Shown: one piece after another, positions 36,901 through 47,023 of the stretch
Position numbering within the stretch: the stretch's first letter is position 1
How the letters are laid out: each line of letters starts with the position of its first letter
Source of the DNA: a virus
Taxonomy: Duplodnaviria; Caudoviricetes
DNA: 64,000 bases
Virus record (IMG/VR): IMGVR_UViG_3300028886_000037
Coordinates: 1-64,000 of that record
Strand: one strand, 5' to 3'
Made by a program: the position numbers and the translations under genes
Notes under the pieces: model-generated
Seen by the model: the letters and a program-made list of their open reading frames with translations, nothing else
The model's database searches: none
Told to the model about the DNA's origin: nothing

Positions 36901-39637
36901 ATCCGACAGCTACTTTGGCATTCATGATGTTCTTCACGAACTCTAGAGCGTTATTCTTGGTCTTTCCACAGACGCCACTGAATGCTGGACAGTATTCTAG
37001 AACGTCTGCTAGCGTTACTTGATATGAGTCACCATTGGCTTTAGTCTTGGAAGGAAGTCCACCGACTGGATCTTTCTCAGATAGACCCTTTGCAGCGTCA
37101 CCGAGATAGCTTAGATCCATGTGCTCGATGACTGGACTTCCGAGATATCTGACAGCGTTGCTCAAAGCCGCAGAGTCGAACTTCAAGCATTCATAGATGT
37201 TGTCATCTTTGCTTGCGGTATACGGATTGTAGAGCTTGAATGTTGATCTCTCAGAAGCGATGTCGACTGGAAGTTCAGCCTTGATAGCGAATGACTGAAG
37301 AGCTGTTCCGTCTGGATCATACTCGTGGTCGTCAAGAGCAAAACGAAGCTTAGCGTTTCTCAGAGCTTCCGGAATTCCGGAGCCGATTGTAGCAGAGTCT
37401 TCAGTCTCGTAGCCAGGAAGCTTGAAGTTACAGAACTCTTGTGCTCTCTCGGGAGTGTTTCTCCTGTCGATCATGTTGAAGATGTAGTCAGTGTCTTTCA
37501 CTACATAGTCATCGCCGTCTTTTTCGATCTGAACTCCAGAAGCTACGATGTCATGGAACGTGTAGAAACGATCTGATGCTCGGATCGCGTCTGCGCTCGT
37601 TGCGCTGTACTTGATTCGGTCAGCTTCGCTCGTGATTCCGTGAGGAGACTGGTAGTAGTCCCAGTTGTAAGCGAATACGTTCACCTCGTTCGTGTAGCTC
37701 TCTTGATAATCTGGAGTGTAAGTTCTGTTGTCTGTGTACACTCGGCTCATTAACGGACTCGTCTCGGCTTCTTTCTCACTGAGAGGAACGATGTCGACGG
37801 TAGAGCTGATGTCATGAATGTCTCCACAGTTCTGCTTACCGCAGACGTTTCCGATGAATCCGACGAATGTGTCTTTTGCTTCTCTGATAGTGTGTCGGCA
37901 GTCGATGTTTCTGATCTCGCCGAAGTTGTTACCGACGATTGGTGAGCAGTAGTAAGCGATTCTGCTGTAAGGGTTCATCTTCTGGTGAATCGTAACTTGC
38001 TGATTGTACTTGCCTAGAGTAGCTAGCAGAATCTCGTCTCTGATCTGCTTTGTGATGTAAGTGCCGAACTCCCATTCGAGATGTCCGATGTCGTCGTTTA
38101 CTAGCGATCCAGCTGCTCCGATGTCATGACTATCCAGATCATTCCAGGTCTTGACACTGCCGAGATTGCCGATAGTGTTTGCGAGAACTATGTCTGCGAA
38201 GTTCTGATCATCTTCCATCGGAATTATCGGCGGAAAGTTTCGAGCGTTGAGCGGGTTGTTCGGGTCACTCGATGCTCTGAACACGTCACAGAATCCGACA
38301 TTGTCTTTGAAGGTGTGTTGACGGTAGTTGTTGAAAATCTTTAGAACCGTTCCGTCAGTTCCGATATGGTCTGTAGCTCTAGCAGTTCTACGGTCGATCG
38401 TTTCGCTGTTTGCGAGATTGATCTCTGAGAAGTGGTCTAGGTTGTAGTTTATCGGAGACAGGTAGTTCTTGCTCTCGTCAGAGCTGTTGACATAGTTACT
38501 GTATGCTCTAACGCCGAGAAGCGCTCTGAGGTTGTTGTCACTTCTCTTAGCAAGAGAAGCGTACCACTCGGTGTTAGAGTCGTCAGATAGCACAGTATTG
38601 AGTCTTGGATCAGACATATCGTTGAAGTAGCTGTCTGCGCCCTCAGCGAAATAGCCGACATACGGAATCACGTTGTATAGCGAGTTGATACAGAACTTGC
38701 TCGGGAAGAACGCGTTGTAGTTAGCGTTGTTCCAGACATTGTCTGCTGGCGAGTACTCGTACTTGTTGCTTGCTAGATAGACTTCGGGACAGAAGCCGTT
38801 GAACTGCATATCGCCAGAAGTGATGATGTTGTTGACGGTACCCCAGTTCGTACCGACGAGACCACCGACAACGACATCAGAGCAGTCATTACGGATCTTG
38901 TCGAGTGAGATCTTGTTAGAGCACTTGAAACGAAGGTTGTTGACGATAGCGTCTTTCACTACGCCGTCTCCGCCGAGATAGCCGATGACACCGTTAGAGT
39001 TCTCCTTACACTCGATCACGATGTTAGTGATTCTGTGGCCGTTGAAGTCCAAGATGCCCTGGAAAGGACGGTTGGGCTCATTACAGATCACAGTGTCGAG
39101 AAGCTGATAGCCCTCTGCTGGATTTCCGATGTCGTCACCCATCACGACGACGATTCTGTTGTTGAAGTTGTCTTTGTCGTTGCAGCGTTCCGAGATCCAC
39201 TTGAGCTGAGATTTCTTCTGAATGTAGTAGAAACCTGAGTTGATGTTCTCGTCGCTCTGGTAGATGTACTGGTCGAACTTCTCTTTCACTCTAGGATCAG
39301 CGTAACCGATCTCTCCGCTGTAAGTCTGGAGGAACTTCTCCCAGTTGTCAGGGTTCACGAAGATCGGCTTTTCTGATACGTCATTGTTGTAGTAGGCGCT
39401 GTACTCGACGCCGAACTCTTCGTATCTGAAGGTCGTCTGTTCTAGAGTCTTAGTGCCGTTGCCCTTTGCGTACTTGTTGAAGTCGTCAAGGGTCTTGTAC
39501 TGCTCTAGCTTGATTTCATCATTATCGAAGATGTCGATGAAGTCTGAAGTTACTGGTGTGCCGTGCACATCAAACATGTTCGGCACTTGACCATTTAAGA
39601 TTTTCTCTTTGAAGCTGTTAAAGAATACTTCTCGCAT
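33992..39637 (-). CDS. Giant (1881 aa) virion protein with GLUG-like repeats, possible receptor-binding/fibre protein
   Basis: FQGILDFNGHRITN, VGGLVGTNWGTVNN and IGGIAG motifs. Confidence 0.6.
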   Translation of the reverse strand: MREVFFNSFKEKILNGQVPNMFDVHGTPVTSDFIDIFDNDEIKLEQYKTLDDFNKYAKGNGTKTLEQTTFRYEEFGVEYSAYYNNDVSEKPIFVNPDNWEKFLQTYSGEIGYADPRVKEKFDQYIYQSDENINSGFYYIQKKSQLKWISERCNDKDNFNNRIVVVMGDDIGNPAEGYQLLDTVICNEPNRPFQGILDFNGHRITNIVIECKENSNGVIGYLGGDGVVKDAIVNNLRFKCSNKISLDKIRNDCSDVVVGGLVGTNWGTVNNIITSGDMQFNGFCPEVYLASNKYEYSPADNVWNNANYNAFFPSKFCINSLYNVIPYVGYFAEGADSYFNDMSDPRLNTVLSDDSNTEWYASLAKRSDNNLRALLGVRAYSNYVNSSDESKNYLSPINYNLDHFSEINLANSETIDRRTARATDHIGTDGTVLKIFNNYRQHTFKDNVGFCDVFRASSDPNNPLNARNFPPIIPMEDDQNFADIVLANTIGNLGSVKTWNDLDSHDIGAAGSLVNDDIGHLEWEFGTYITKQIRDEILLATLGKYNQQVTIHQKMNPYSRIAYYCSPIVGNNFGEIRNIDCRHTIREAKDTFVGFIGNVCGKQNCGDIHDISSTVDIVPLSEKEAETSPLMSRVYTDNRTYTPDYQESYTNEVNVFAYNWDYYQSPHGITSEADRIKYSATSADAIRASDRFYTFHDIVASGVQIEKDGDDYVVKDTDYIFNMIDRRNTPERAQEFCNFKLPGYETEDSATIGSGIPEALRNAKLRFALDDHEYDPDGTALQSFAIKAELPVDIASERSTFKLYNPYTASKDDNIYECLKFDSAALSNAVRYLGSPVIEHMDLSYLGDAAKGLSEKDPVGGLPSKTKANGDSYQVTLADVLEYCPAFSGVCGKTKNNALEFVKNIMNAKVAVGCELLANPTLNPNAIFPGNDQPFAGGSPGWFGTRNKEIHDGHYYIPAYTGPNDTSEAWDLGTDLDEFVWYMQPGESKADRNGPKAFDNHVYASVCSGYQEVLWFGNNVSAKLADYNTSANRPNYFCSISERGYWDLYGTSARYNQISTSEIMYNGKNYYDYGNAKTMLTVVPRDNSSIDRFGEYIASVAEENEGFLDIVGEEGYAVKVNKISIPIANRTQNSIYMSSAMNWNTDVSGVFLDYERQDDLWDYDRESDGTIKPNARIKSKVVETTEQNILGNENVANAGNLDYMYVDMSIIVEEDVNHSSGPRPDGHDADTYRVYPMIAKIPVQRLRIPISAVEDVYHGSYLSQYTDHYTEDLANYVPGTVGYKYRSMKYYHLIPAYDMEDKIGEEIEYKLKSIYNIGGIAGMINHCVSWSNRGEYSLYENEGQEKVSKMALSMNPAYCGSIKNCFIKFTENAEKFINRSLLKKYDGTKIEEFNDRSIAIANKFGGVAAIYEYRQNDIGTSPWCNIDKCGPDTLENLFVQKFLIQNIYIGGHENFYSDAQTSWQDYRNRALFKIFSKVFSPVVEWANIGNILDTTNFFLMTDLAATGVRYRAKQSSNFPIGSNIFPAYSVNVDDWMTGQGPEVNNWLLASAHPVVDYNQNWYGPSDYSKYFKFWNHNIIYGVKHDSDETDETDYLVRSHLCKTYDLLPSVLLMPVNIWYYGDYNDLLMHFPMHMSPAANAPCSDYNDIYMQMFGGNPNFVNRKLSKPIMNAELHNADRIYNKDISKFLSDMPIRPELQYLLDAFNARYEKNNGITDRYFTWDYDMKNVRDLDRDKMPLDFTIRYGKDKKGVRGLWIHQNDKYIEENPWIQYAMKGKKYCMNDGSNIHLGYLPSDWSIIELLNRENENDEDPNMQFEEGRAIEGDDFRGILLSDENRDLVAFIDGGYGRDLVSGCYIAQLPKKNKFDGDDKNYGLLTEIKVEN

Positions 39638-39654
39638 GTATTATTTACATGCGA

Positions 39655-41556
39655 CTATCTCCAGCGCTTAGCGACATCGAGCATACCGTTGTCGTTGTCT
39701 CTCGATATGACTGTTCCAGTTGATAGCTTGAGAACCAACGCATTGTCTGAGACGTCATCGATGCTGTTGACTGGCGCGACCTTGTCTGGCGCTATCGTAG
39801 ACTCTTCGTAAGTGCTGATCGAAGTCGGACTCTCCTCGTCAATCGTGAATCTGTGATTGCTGAGAAGATAGTTTCCGTTGATCATCCAGTCATCGAAGCC
39901 GTAATCGTCATGCTTCTCGAACATAGCTTCACGGATGGCAGTCCAGTTGTCCACGTCGTCTTTGAAGATGTCTTGAATGCCTCCGACAGTGATCGTCTTG
40001 TCGAGAATCGTGCCACCAGACTCTTCAGTGCCTCTAGTGCTCGTCCAACGCTGCCAGTAGCACAACCATAGAAGATCGTCGTTTCCTCTCATGAAGCATG
40101 GATGTCCAATGTTCTTGTGCTCGTATCCGACAAGATCGCGGTTGTTCCAGTCGAGAATCTGATACGGTCGATTGATAATCTGGTAAGTGTTCTTGTTGTA
40201 GAGCTTGATCTTGCACTTGTCTCTCGGAAGTGAGATCCACATCGACCAGTTCTCTAACCAGTGGCTCTCTGACCACGAGTGACTGTCTTCGTTATCTACA
40301 TGAATGACGTGTTTCTTGTTCAATAGTGCACGTTTCTCCATCGCTTCAAAGCATCGAGGATCGAAACCATAGATGTTCAAGAATAGCAGTCTCGAAAGCG
40401 CATTGACACATTCAGGAGCGCCGTAGAGCAGCTCTGTCATCTGGTCTACGAAGTCATTGTCTGTAGTCGTGTTGTGCTTGATGTCAAGCGCTGCATTGCG
40501 AATCTGCGTGAATCGGTCAGCTAGATTGTTGTCCTCGATGATGATTCCATAGACCTGCAGATATTCGACATATTTGTCATCTGTCGCATTTCTGAGCTTG
40601 TCACAGAACAGCTGCAGAGATGATGCGACGATGTCTCTCGAGCTTCTCTTTCCGTATCTCTCATAAATCTCGAACATGGTCTTCACGGGCATCCAGTTTC
40701 TTCTGTAGCCGTTCCACATGTACATGCTGATACAGTTACGAGGCATGTTGTTCTCAGTGTTGTGAGAAGCGAGCATCTCTGGATATGGCTCGGCTTCAAC
40801 ATCTTCGTGATCGAGTGAGGACGCAGTAGCTAGCAGATTGTAGAGAAGTATTGGAAGTGTCATCACGTCTCTGATCGTAGATGCAGTAGCGAGCATCCTC
40901 GATGGAACTACGATGGAGTAATAGCTAAGCGTAGCAAGAGCATTTCCGACGATATTGTCACCGAAGATGAACTTGTTGATGTCTGCTGTTATCTCAGCTA
41001 CTTCCTCTGACGCTTTCTCTGTGATCTCTATCGACTTCTCATGAGTAGAAATCATAGAGATAGTCTTGAATGTATCGAGACCAGCTTTCCACCAGTCGCC
41101 TTTCTGGACATCATCAACGATTGTAACGATACCAGCAGATGCGAATTCCAAGAGCAAATTTCCCCATTCGCCAAATCTAGGAGAAGTCTTCTTGAACTCT
41201 GTCATGTCGTCTGTGATCTTGAAGTAACACCAGTTATCTAAGCTGTCTACCCAGAACCAGTCAGGTATCACGTTCTTGTCTGCTGGTGTCATTTGAGCAG
41301 CTTCAGTATCTTTTCCGAAGTCCTGAAGGTCACCGAGACTAACCATCGAATCACTCGGCTCTGGGTTTACCTCTTTCTCTGCTGTTCCATAGTAGTACTC
41401 GCTCGGTGACTGCCAACCATAAGTGTTGAGCATCTCCTCTCGGATCACATCTGCTACGCCCTGTTGTTCTGCGAGCTGAGTAGCAGTTCCTTCATACACG
41501 CCGTTCTTGGTGACGTTCTGTTGTTGTATATTGCTGTATCGTACAATTTCAGCCAT
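39655..41556 (-). CDS. Hypothetical (putative structural) protein
   Basis: 633-aa ORF heading the operon. Confidence 0.6.
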   Translation of the reverse strand: MAEIVRYSNIQQQNVTKNGVYEGTATQLAEQQGVADVIREEMLNTYGWQSPSEYYYGTAEKEVNPEPSDSMVSLGDLQDFGKDTEAAQMTPADKNVIPDWFWVDSLDNWCYFKITDDMTEFKKTSPRFGEWGNLLLEFASAGIVTIVDDVQKGDWWKAGLDTFKTISMISTHEKSIEITEKASEEVAEITADINKFIFGDNIVGNALATLSYYSIVVPSRMLATASTIRDVMTLPILLYNLLATASSLDHEDVEAEPYPEMLASHNTENNMPRNCISMYMWNGYRRNWMPVKTMFEIYERYGKRSSRDIVASSLQLFCDKLRNATDDKYVEYLQVYGIIIEDNNLADRFTQIRNAALDIKHNTTTDNDFVDQMTELLYGAPECVNALSRLLFLNIYGFDPRCFEAMEKRALLNKKHVIHVDNEDSHSWSESHWLENWSMWISLPRDKCKIKLYNKNTYQIINRPYQILDWNNRDLVGYEHKNIGHPCFMRGNDDLLWLCYWQRWTSTRGTEESGGTILDKTITVGGIQDIFKDDVDNWTAIREAMFEKHDDYGFDDWMINGNYLLSNHRFTIDEESPTSISTYEESTIAPDKVAPVNSIDDVSDNALVLKLSTGTVISRDNDNGMLDVAKRWR

Positions 41557-41616
41557 ATAGTATTTATGAAGATTCTATCGATTATAAATAACAATATACA
41601 CGCTTAGGAGACCATT

Positions 41617-42000
41617 ATGAAACGCTTTCTAGAATTCATCAACGAGAATCAAGAGCTGAATGAAGCACTCAAGAGAAAGAAGATGATTCGTGATGGAAAG
41701 GTCGTAACCAAGTTCAAGACCACTGAACCTGGAGTCAAGCGTGTTGAATATGACGAGTACGGAAATGCGCACGAAGTCAGAATGACTCCGCAAGAGATTC
41801 TGAACAGAAAGCGTGGTGGAGCAGACAGTGAACCTGGCGAGAGGGGCCGTATCACTGGACAAAAGAAGCGTGCAGCCAAGGAACCGACTCGTGAACGCAA
41901 ATGGCAGCTCAGCATGAAAAAGCGTAAAGCTGCTGGTCTAAAGCACTACAACAAGAAATTTCCTGACGTAAACAGCGATCACGACGAGTCGAAGCTCTAG
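41617..42000 (+). CDS. Basic internal-head-like protein with a capsid-targeting sequence
   Basis: MKRFLEFINE resembles the T4 CTS MKTYQEFIAE; TATAAATA at 41583-41590; AGGAG RBS. Confidence 0.7.
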   Translation: MKRFLEFINENQELNEALKRKKMIRDGKVVTKFKTTEPGVKRVEYDEYGNAHEVRMTPQEILNRKRGGADSEPGERGRITGQKKRAAKEPTRERKWQLSMKKRKAAGLKHYNKKFPDVNSDHDESKL

Positions 42001-42009
42001 GAGGCTCAC

Positions 42010-42183
42010 ATGGATGAGAAAGAATTCATGCAGAAGCAGATTCACGAGATCGAGCTCGCTAAGTACTACGAGGGAATCCGCATCGGAAGAGATCCGGGTG
42101 ATGAGTTTGTCCGTAAGTGGATAAAGGATAATGCGGAAGCTTATAGAGAAGCTAACAATCCGTCAGGAACTAACCAAACATAG
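42010..42183 (+). CDS. Small protein, DUF4032-like
   Basis: GGAGG RBS; EIELAKYYEGIRIGRDPGDEFVRKWI pattern (57 aa, below the ORF track cutoff). Confidence 0.5.
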   Translation: MDEKEFMQKQIHEIELAKYYEGIRIGRDPGDEFVRKWIKDNAEAYREANNPSGTNQT

Positions 42184-43243
42184 GTCTCTCGCTGTATAGT
42201 CTGAGACGGTTTTGATTCATTCTCTGGTCGATAGCGCAGTTGATAGTAACTTTCATCTTCTCGCCGAGCGCATTCTGATCAAGCTGCCAGCTCCAGTCCT
42301 TGATTGCGACGATCAGGTAAGTGTCGAGAATGCCAGCGCGTAGAATGTCGAGTCTGTGAAGCGACTGATTGAACTTCTCTTTGCCGTAAGTGATTCTCTG
42401 CTTGTCGCTCCATCTTCTGACGAGCAGCTGATCTGCGAAGTCTGTAATAAATTCACCAGTCTTTTTGATGGGGTCCCAGAGATTTTCAAAGAATCCTTTA
42501 TCTTGTGTAGTAGTCTGGTCCGAGTCTTCGTCCATAAGATATCCTGCACCAGGAACATTCTTACGAATAGCATCTTTAGCTGCCTTCTCTGCTCTGTCTT
42601 GGATTTTAGCTTTGAATGAATCTAATGCGGAATCCATAATCGGACCTATCGTAGATAAACCGGCGTCTGCGCTTTTCATCATGCTTGATATTAGCTGACT
42701 CATATTTGAAGAAGTTGCTACAGTTGCATAATTTTTCAAATACGAGATGATAGATGCATAATTTGATGGGCAGCATACTGGGTCGAATATCCTAGAAGGC
42801 TCTCTCCATGCTGTAAACTCCAATTTGAAACCGTCCGGTTGAAAGGCCTTATCCATCGGATATCTGACTGAGTAGTTTCCAGCCAACTGGATATTCATAT
42901 TTGTTCCAGTAGCAGATCCGAGTGCTCCAGCTACTCCACCACGACCCGTATAGTCTCTCATCTTGTCCATCAATGCTGTTACTGGTCCAGCTTTCAAGGT
43001 AGTCTTGAAACTAATCTTTGGAATTTCGTTCAATACTCCACAGATAGCAGACGCTTTTCCGCCTTCGTTGGTAGAGAGAACAAACCAGTTGTTGCCATAG
43101 AAGTTCTCGCTGAATCCGTTGAACATTGTCTTGATGTCTTTGCCGAAGTCGATCTTGATGGCTTCGGCAGTGTTTCTCTGCTTACGGAGTTCCTCTTCTG
43201 CGGCTTCTCTCTGAGCTTCTAGTCCTTCTATTCCGTCTGCCAT
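42170..43243 (-). CDS. Baseplate tail-tube cap/initiator-like protein (gp48/gp54-like)
   Basis: Tube-fold-like alternating beta segments with Gly/Ala-rich inserts; lies next to gp15. Confidence 0.4.
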   Translation of the reverse strand: MADGIEGLEAQREAAEEELRKQRNTAEAIKIDFGKDIKTMFNGFSENFYGNNWFVLSTNEGGKASAICGVLNEIPKISFKTTLKAGPVTALMDKMRDYTGRGGVAGALGSATGTNMNIQLAGNYSVRYPMDKAFQPDGFKLEFTAWREPSRIFDPVCCPSNYASIISYLKNYATVATSSNMSQLISSMMKSADAGLSTIGPIMDSALDSFKAKIQDRAEKAAKDAIRKNVPGAGYLMDEDSDQTTTQDKGFFENLWDPIKKTGEFITDFADQLLVRRWSDKQRITYGKEKFNQSLHRLDILRAGILDTYLIVAIKDWSWQLDQNALGEKMKVTINCAIDQRMNQNRLRLYSERPMFG

Positions 43244-43246
43244 ACG

Positions 43247-44254
43247 CTACCTGCACATGCTGATGAATTGTTCTTGAGTTACTCGTGTTGCGCTAGACAC
43301 AGTCAAGTTTATCTTACACCATTCTGGAGCTACACCCTGTCTCTTACCCTTGGAGTTTATCAACTGGACTATGTGAGGCGAGAATTCGAACTCGATGTCC
43401 TCGATGTAGAAGTCTAGAGGAGAACCTTCACTGCTATCGAGAACTATATTTCCTCTAGCGTCGAATAATCGAAACGTGAATGTATATCCGACTCGTTTAT
43501 TAGTAAAAGCAAATGCTGATATGATTTCACCTGCTCCTTTAACAGTTCTGAGCATTCCTTCTTTGAAGGTAGAGTCGCCGAAAGTTGCACCCCATAGACC
43601 ACCTCCTACGTCAGATGCTCCTTCGATTAGATACTTTCCACTCTCTCCTTTTTCTCCATTTAGGTTATCTTTCGTTGCCTCAAGATTTTTACCAATCAGA
43701 TCGATTTTGAAGTCTTCTGGCATAACAGCTGTTCTAGAGAACTTTATCCATTCCCACATATTAGAGACTTTCTTCGACTTCATGTTCAAAGCTTCACTTA
43801 GAGTGTCGCCGTAACGTAGTCCCTCGACGTGTAGTCCCTTCTTCAATACAGGGTAAGTCAGAAGGCTGAACTTAAATGATATGTAAGATGCCTTTTCGTC
43901 AAGCTGAGCAGCTAACTGAGTCCAACTATCAGTAAGGATCGGTGGCGTATATTCTGATCCACCCATAGTCTGAATGAATTTCGGAAAAGCTGCGATCAAG
44001 TTTTTAGCCCAGCCTGGGGTGCTTTTTGGGATAGCACCAGATATGTCACCACCGCCAAAAGCTGATACTGCTTTTCCTATGAAGCCAGTGTTATTGTTTT
44101 CCCAATCGCCCCAGTCAGTTCCATAGTTTAAGGCTGGAAAATCGGTGATATATGACGACATCTCTCCACAATTCTCTACAGCGTCCTTACTGTAGGGAGA
44201 TAGAATTATCGAGCCAGTTCTAGCTTGTCCGCCGTATATTTGAATCTTAGCCAT
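43247..44254 (-). CDS. Baseplate tail-tube cap-like protein (gp48-like)
   Basis: P.LNYGTDW ... FKFSL ... FYIEDIEFEFSP ... PEWCKINLTV. Confidence 0.5.
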   Translation of the reverse strand: MAKIQIYGGQARTGSIILSPYSKDAVENCGEMSSYITDFPALNYGTDWGDWENNNTGFIGKAVSAFGGGDISGAIPKSTPGWAKNLIAAFPKFIQTMGGSEYTPPILTDSWTQLAAQLDEKASYISFKFSLLTYPVLKKGLHVEGLRYGDTLSEALNMKSKKVSNMWEWIKFSRTAVMPEDFKIDLIGKNLEATKDNLNGEKGESGKYLIEGASDVGGGLWGATFGDSTFKEGMLRTVKGAGEIISAFAFTNKRVGYTFTFRLFDARGNIVLDSSEGSPLDFYIEDIEFEFSPHIVQLINSKGKRQGVAPEWCKINLTVSSATRVTQEQFISMCR

Positions 44255-44255
44255 A

Positions 44256-45674
44256 TTAGTTCATGTCCACTGGAGTCGGAACTTCTGTGCTTCCGCCTCT
44301 CTCTTCTTTGTTGTTCTCTATGTAAGCGTTGTAAAGGCCAGAGATGTCGAAGTGAATGTTCGAAAGAAGTCCACTTATGACTCTAGTCTCGCTGAGTATC
44401 ATTCTAACTGAGTCGTCGCTCATCTCTGTGTTCAAGCTGTCTGTTATTCTCGTGATCCGATCTTCGGATTCTCTCGGAACCTCTCTCAGGGAGGCGACAG
44501 CTTCCGTAAGCTTTCTGAGATTTCCGTCGAGCATTCTCTGTAGAGAAACCTGACCATCAACCAGAGGTCTGACTGCGTTAGCGAACACATCTACTGTGTC
44601 TGCCGTCTTGTTCGACTCTGGAGTCGGCACATCTACGAGCTTCACTTGGACTGGAGACGTCAGAACGTTAAGGATTCTCTCCTGATACGTGTAGTCGTAG
44701 ATCGGAAGATGTGCGATAGCGTTCTCGTACTGGACTCTCTGTAGTTGATCTTCTCCAAGTTCTTTCTTCACCGTATCTGCTATAGCCGTAGTCCGGAAAG
44801 CTGTGAATTCTAGAATAGATCTCTGGATAGCCGAAGTGTGTAGGTTGATCTCTGAGAGACGTTCATTAACTCCGTTTCCGAAACCAGTGAGCCAGTTCAC
44901 ATCGAGAGTCTCCTGCGCTACTAGCTCACCTCTGTTTTGTTCACGATCGATCTGTTCAAAATTTCTATCAGACAGATTTCTGAACGTATCTACAGACATC
45001 GAGACATTATTCGATATGAGATCTGTAGAATCGGCAATTCTGCTAAGTGTGAAGTTCAGATTACTGTCTAAAGAGACAAGCTTTTCGATTATAGGCGTAG
45101 CTATACTCGTTCCAAGCGCTGAACCGATAGCTTCTAGATTCGATAAGTTGCTTAATAGCAACGATGTAGAGTCGAGAAGTGGAGATATTTTCTGAGCTAT
45201 CTCAGAGAATTCGGCTGAATTGCCAGCATTATTAGCTTCTACATATAAACCTGATTTGTCGATCAGATCACTATCATTAGCTACTCGTTGTTCTTTAACG
45301 AGTGTCTTGATGTCAGCGATCTGAGCTACTGTCTCTTTCTTGGCGTCATTCTCTTCGACAGCAGCCTTGACGATGTCCGTAGTGACTTCAGCGCCCCTGG
45401 GTGCCGTAGCCATGATGGCGCGTTCGACTCTCGTTCCGATTCTCACGACTGAAGCGTCGAGAAGATTCAGACTGTCGTTCACCTGCGAGAGGTAAGTCTG
45501 GATACCCAAGAAGTCCTGAGTAGCTGTGCTCTGGATGAATCTGTCTCGGTCGTCTTGTGCGTTGGCCTCGAGCTGCTTGAAGATGTCGTCAAGTTTGTAG
45601 AACAGCACATCCGTTGCGTTGTCCATTTTGAATTCCAGATCACGGAATAGATCTTTCTGACTCTCTTCAGGCAT
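44256..45674 (-). CDS. Helical coiled-coil tail protein (tape-measure-associated?)
   Basis: Ser/Leu/Asn-rich heptads; lies between gp15 and gp48-like genes. Confidence 0.4.
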   Translation of the reverse strand: MPEESQKDLFRDLEFKMDNATDVLFYKLDDIFKQLEANAQDDRDRFIQSTATQDFLGIQTYLSQVNDSLNLLDASVVRIGTRVERAIMATAPRGAEVTTDIVKAAVEENDAKKETVAQIADIKTLVKEQRVANDSDLIDKSGLYVEANNAGNSAEFSEIAQKISPLLDSTSLLLSNLSNLEAIGSALGTSIATPIIEKLVSLDSNLNFTLSRIADSTDLISNNVSMSVDTFRNLSDRNFEQIDREQNRGELVAQETLDVNWLTGFGNGVNERLSEINLHTSAIQRSILEFTAFRTTAIADTVKKELGEDQLQRVQYENAIAHLPIYDYTYQERILNVLTSPVQVKLVDVPTPESNKTADTVDVFANAVRPLVDGQVSLQRMLDGNLRKLTEAVASLREVPRESEDRITRITDSLNTEMSDDSVRMILSETRVISGLLSNIHFDISGLYNAYIENNKEERGGSTEVPTPVDMN

Positions 45675-45699
45675 AATTCACTCGATTCCTTTAGCTTAT

Positions 45700-46986
45700 T
45701 TATTCCTTGATCTCGACGTCGTGCTTGCTGATCCACATAGTGTCAACTCGTTCGTTGCTGCTATTGAGGAAGTCTTTGCGGCCAGACAGAGTGATGTCCT
45801 CTTCGGTTACGTTAGCTAGATCGAAGCGATCCTTCATGCTGCCCTGCCAAGAACGATTATCTGGATTGTAAGTGCCTGGCTCTTCTGCGTAGTTGCCAGA
45901 GATTCCAACCATTGTCGTATACTTGTCAGCGAACTCGGACGTGCAAGCGGAGTTGAACTCCCAGAATGCGTCGTCCTTGTCTCCGCTAGTTCTGTTGCCG
46001 AAGATGTCGAATCTCTTAGTCGGCTTCCAGTACTTGAACGCGTCATAAGCCCCTTCGACTGGAGCGTAGATTCCAACTCCATCCTCTTGGCTGTCTCCGA
46101 CCCTCTCGATGAGACCATTCTCTTTGAGCCAGTTGTCTGCGCTGTCTGCGATGTAGAACTTCTTCTCACCTCCTGGTACTGCAGATAGAGTGAAGTGGAC
46201 ATCCTCTGTCTCGTATCTCGCGATTGATGGATTCAACTTGACGATGATCTTGTCGATGATAGCGCCCTCTTGTATCTTCGTGTAGACCTGACCCTCGATC
46301 GTGAACGTGAATTTCGCTTCGAGCTCACGCTTGTCCTGTTCTCCGAACTCATCCTGGTAGTCGAGAGACATGTTGTCCAACTTCATCTTGATGTCACGAC
46401 GGATGTTCATGAACCAGAACTCTTTGATGAATATGAAAGCTTCAGGATTGAAACGTGAAGTGATCTGTTCGATGATCTGTAGAAGATCTCCGAACTTCTC
46501 TGCTTTAGCAGACAGTTCGAAAGTGAGATTGTAAGGGACTGGCTGCGTGTCTTGCCATAGAAGCTGGCACTCGCCCTCTTCGATTCCTTTGCTCATCATG
46601 TAGTCATCGTAGAACATACGGATCGCGTCTGATGAAGCAGCTCTCGTGTTGTCATACTGGAAGTGAGAGATCTTGTAGTACATGTTAGGAAGCGGAATGT
46701 AGTAAGTCTCTCCGCTCTCTTGCTCTTTTCTGAAGTCGTGAGCTTTCGATCTCGGACCGAACTTCAACGGAACTTGAATTCTCTTTCTCGGATAGCCGTT
46801 CTCGTCATATCGGATCACGTAGAGATCGTTAAAGAAGTTAGTGAACGCGACCATGATAGCTCGGACAGTGTCTGCGAAATAGTAGCCGACCGGATATCCG
46901 AGATCTCCTCTGTCGTCGAGTGTCGCTTTCCAGAAACCATGCTTCGAAGGATCGTAGCCTTCTGTCTTCCAATTGCTTTCAGCCAT
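45700..46986 (-). CDS. Tail sheath terminator/stabiliser gp15
   Basis: AFTNFFNDL ... IQVPLKFGP ... QPVPYNLTFEL ... IIEQI...FNP. Confidence 0.9.
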   Translation of the reverse strand: MAESNWKTEGYDPSKHGFWKATLDDRGDLGYPVGYYFADTVRAIMVAFTNFFNDLYVIRYDENGYPRKRIQVPLKFGPRSKAHDFRKEQESGETYYIPLPNMYYKISHFQYDNTRAASSDAIRMFYDDYMMSKGIEEGECQLLWQDTQPVPYNLTFELSAKAEKFGDLLQIIEQITSRFNPEAFIFIKEFWFMNIRRDIKMKLDNMSLDYQDEFGEQDKRELEAKFTFTIEGQVYTKIQEGAIIDKIIVKLNPSIARYETEDVHFTLSAVPGGEKKFYIADSADNWLKENGLIERVGDSQEDGVGIYAPVEGAYDAFKYWKPTKRFDIFGNRTSGDKDDAFWEFNSACTSEFADKYTTMVGISGNYAEEPGTYNPDNRSWQGSMKDRFDLANVTEEDITLSGRKDFLNSSNERVDTMWISKHDVEIKE

Positions 46987-47023
46987 AAAAAACTCCAAGT
47001 ATATATTATATACAGGTGAAACT

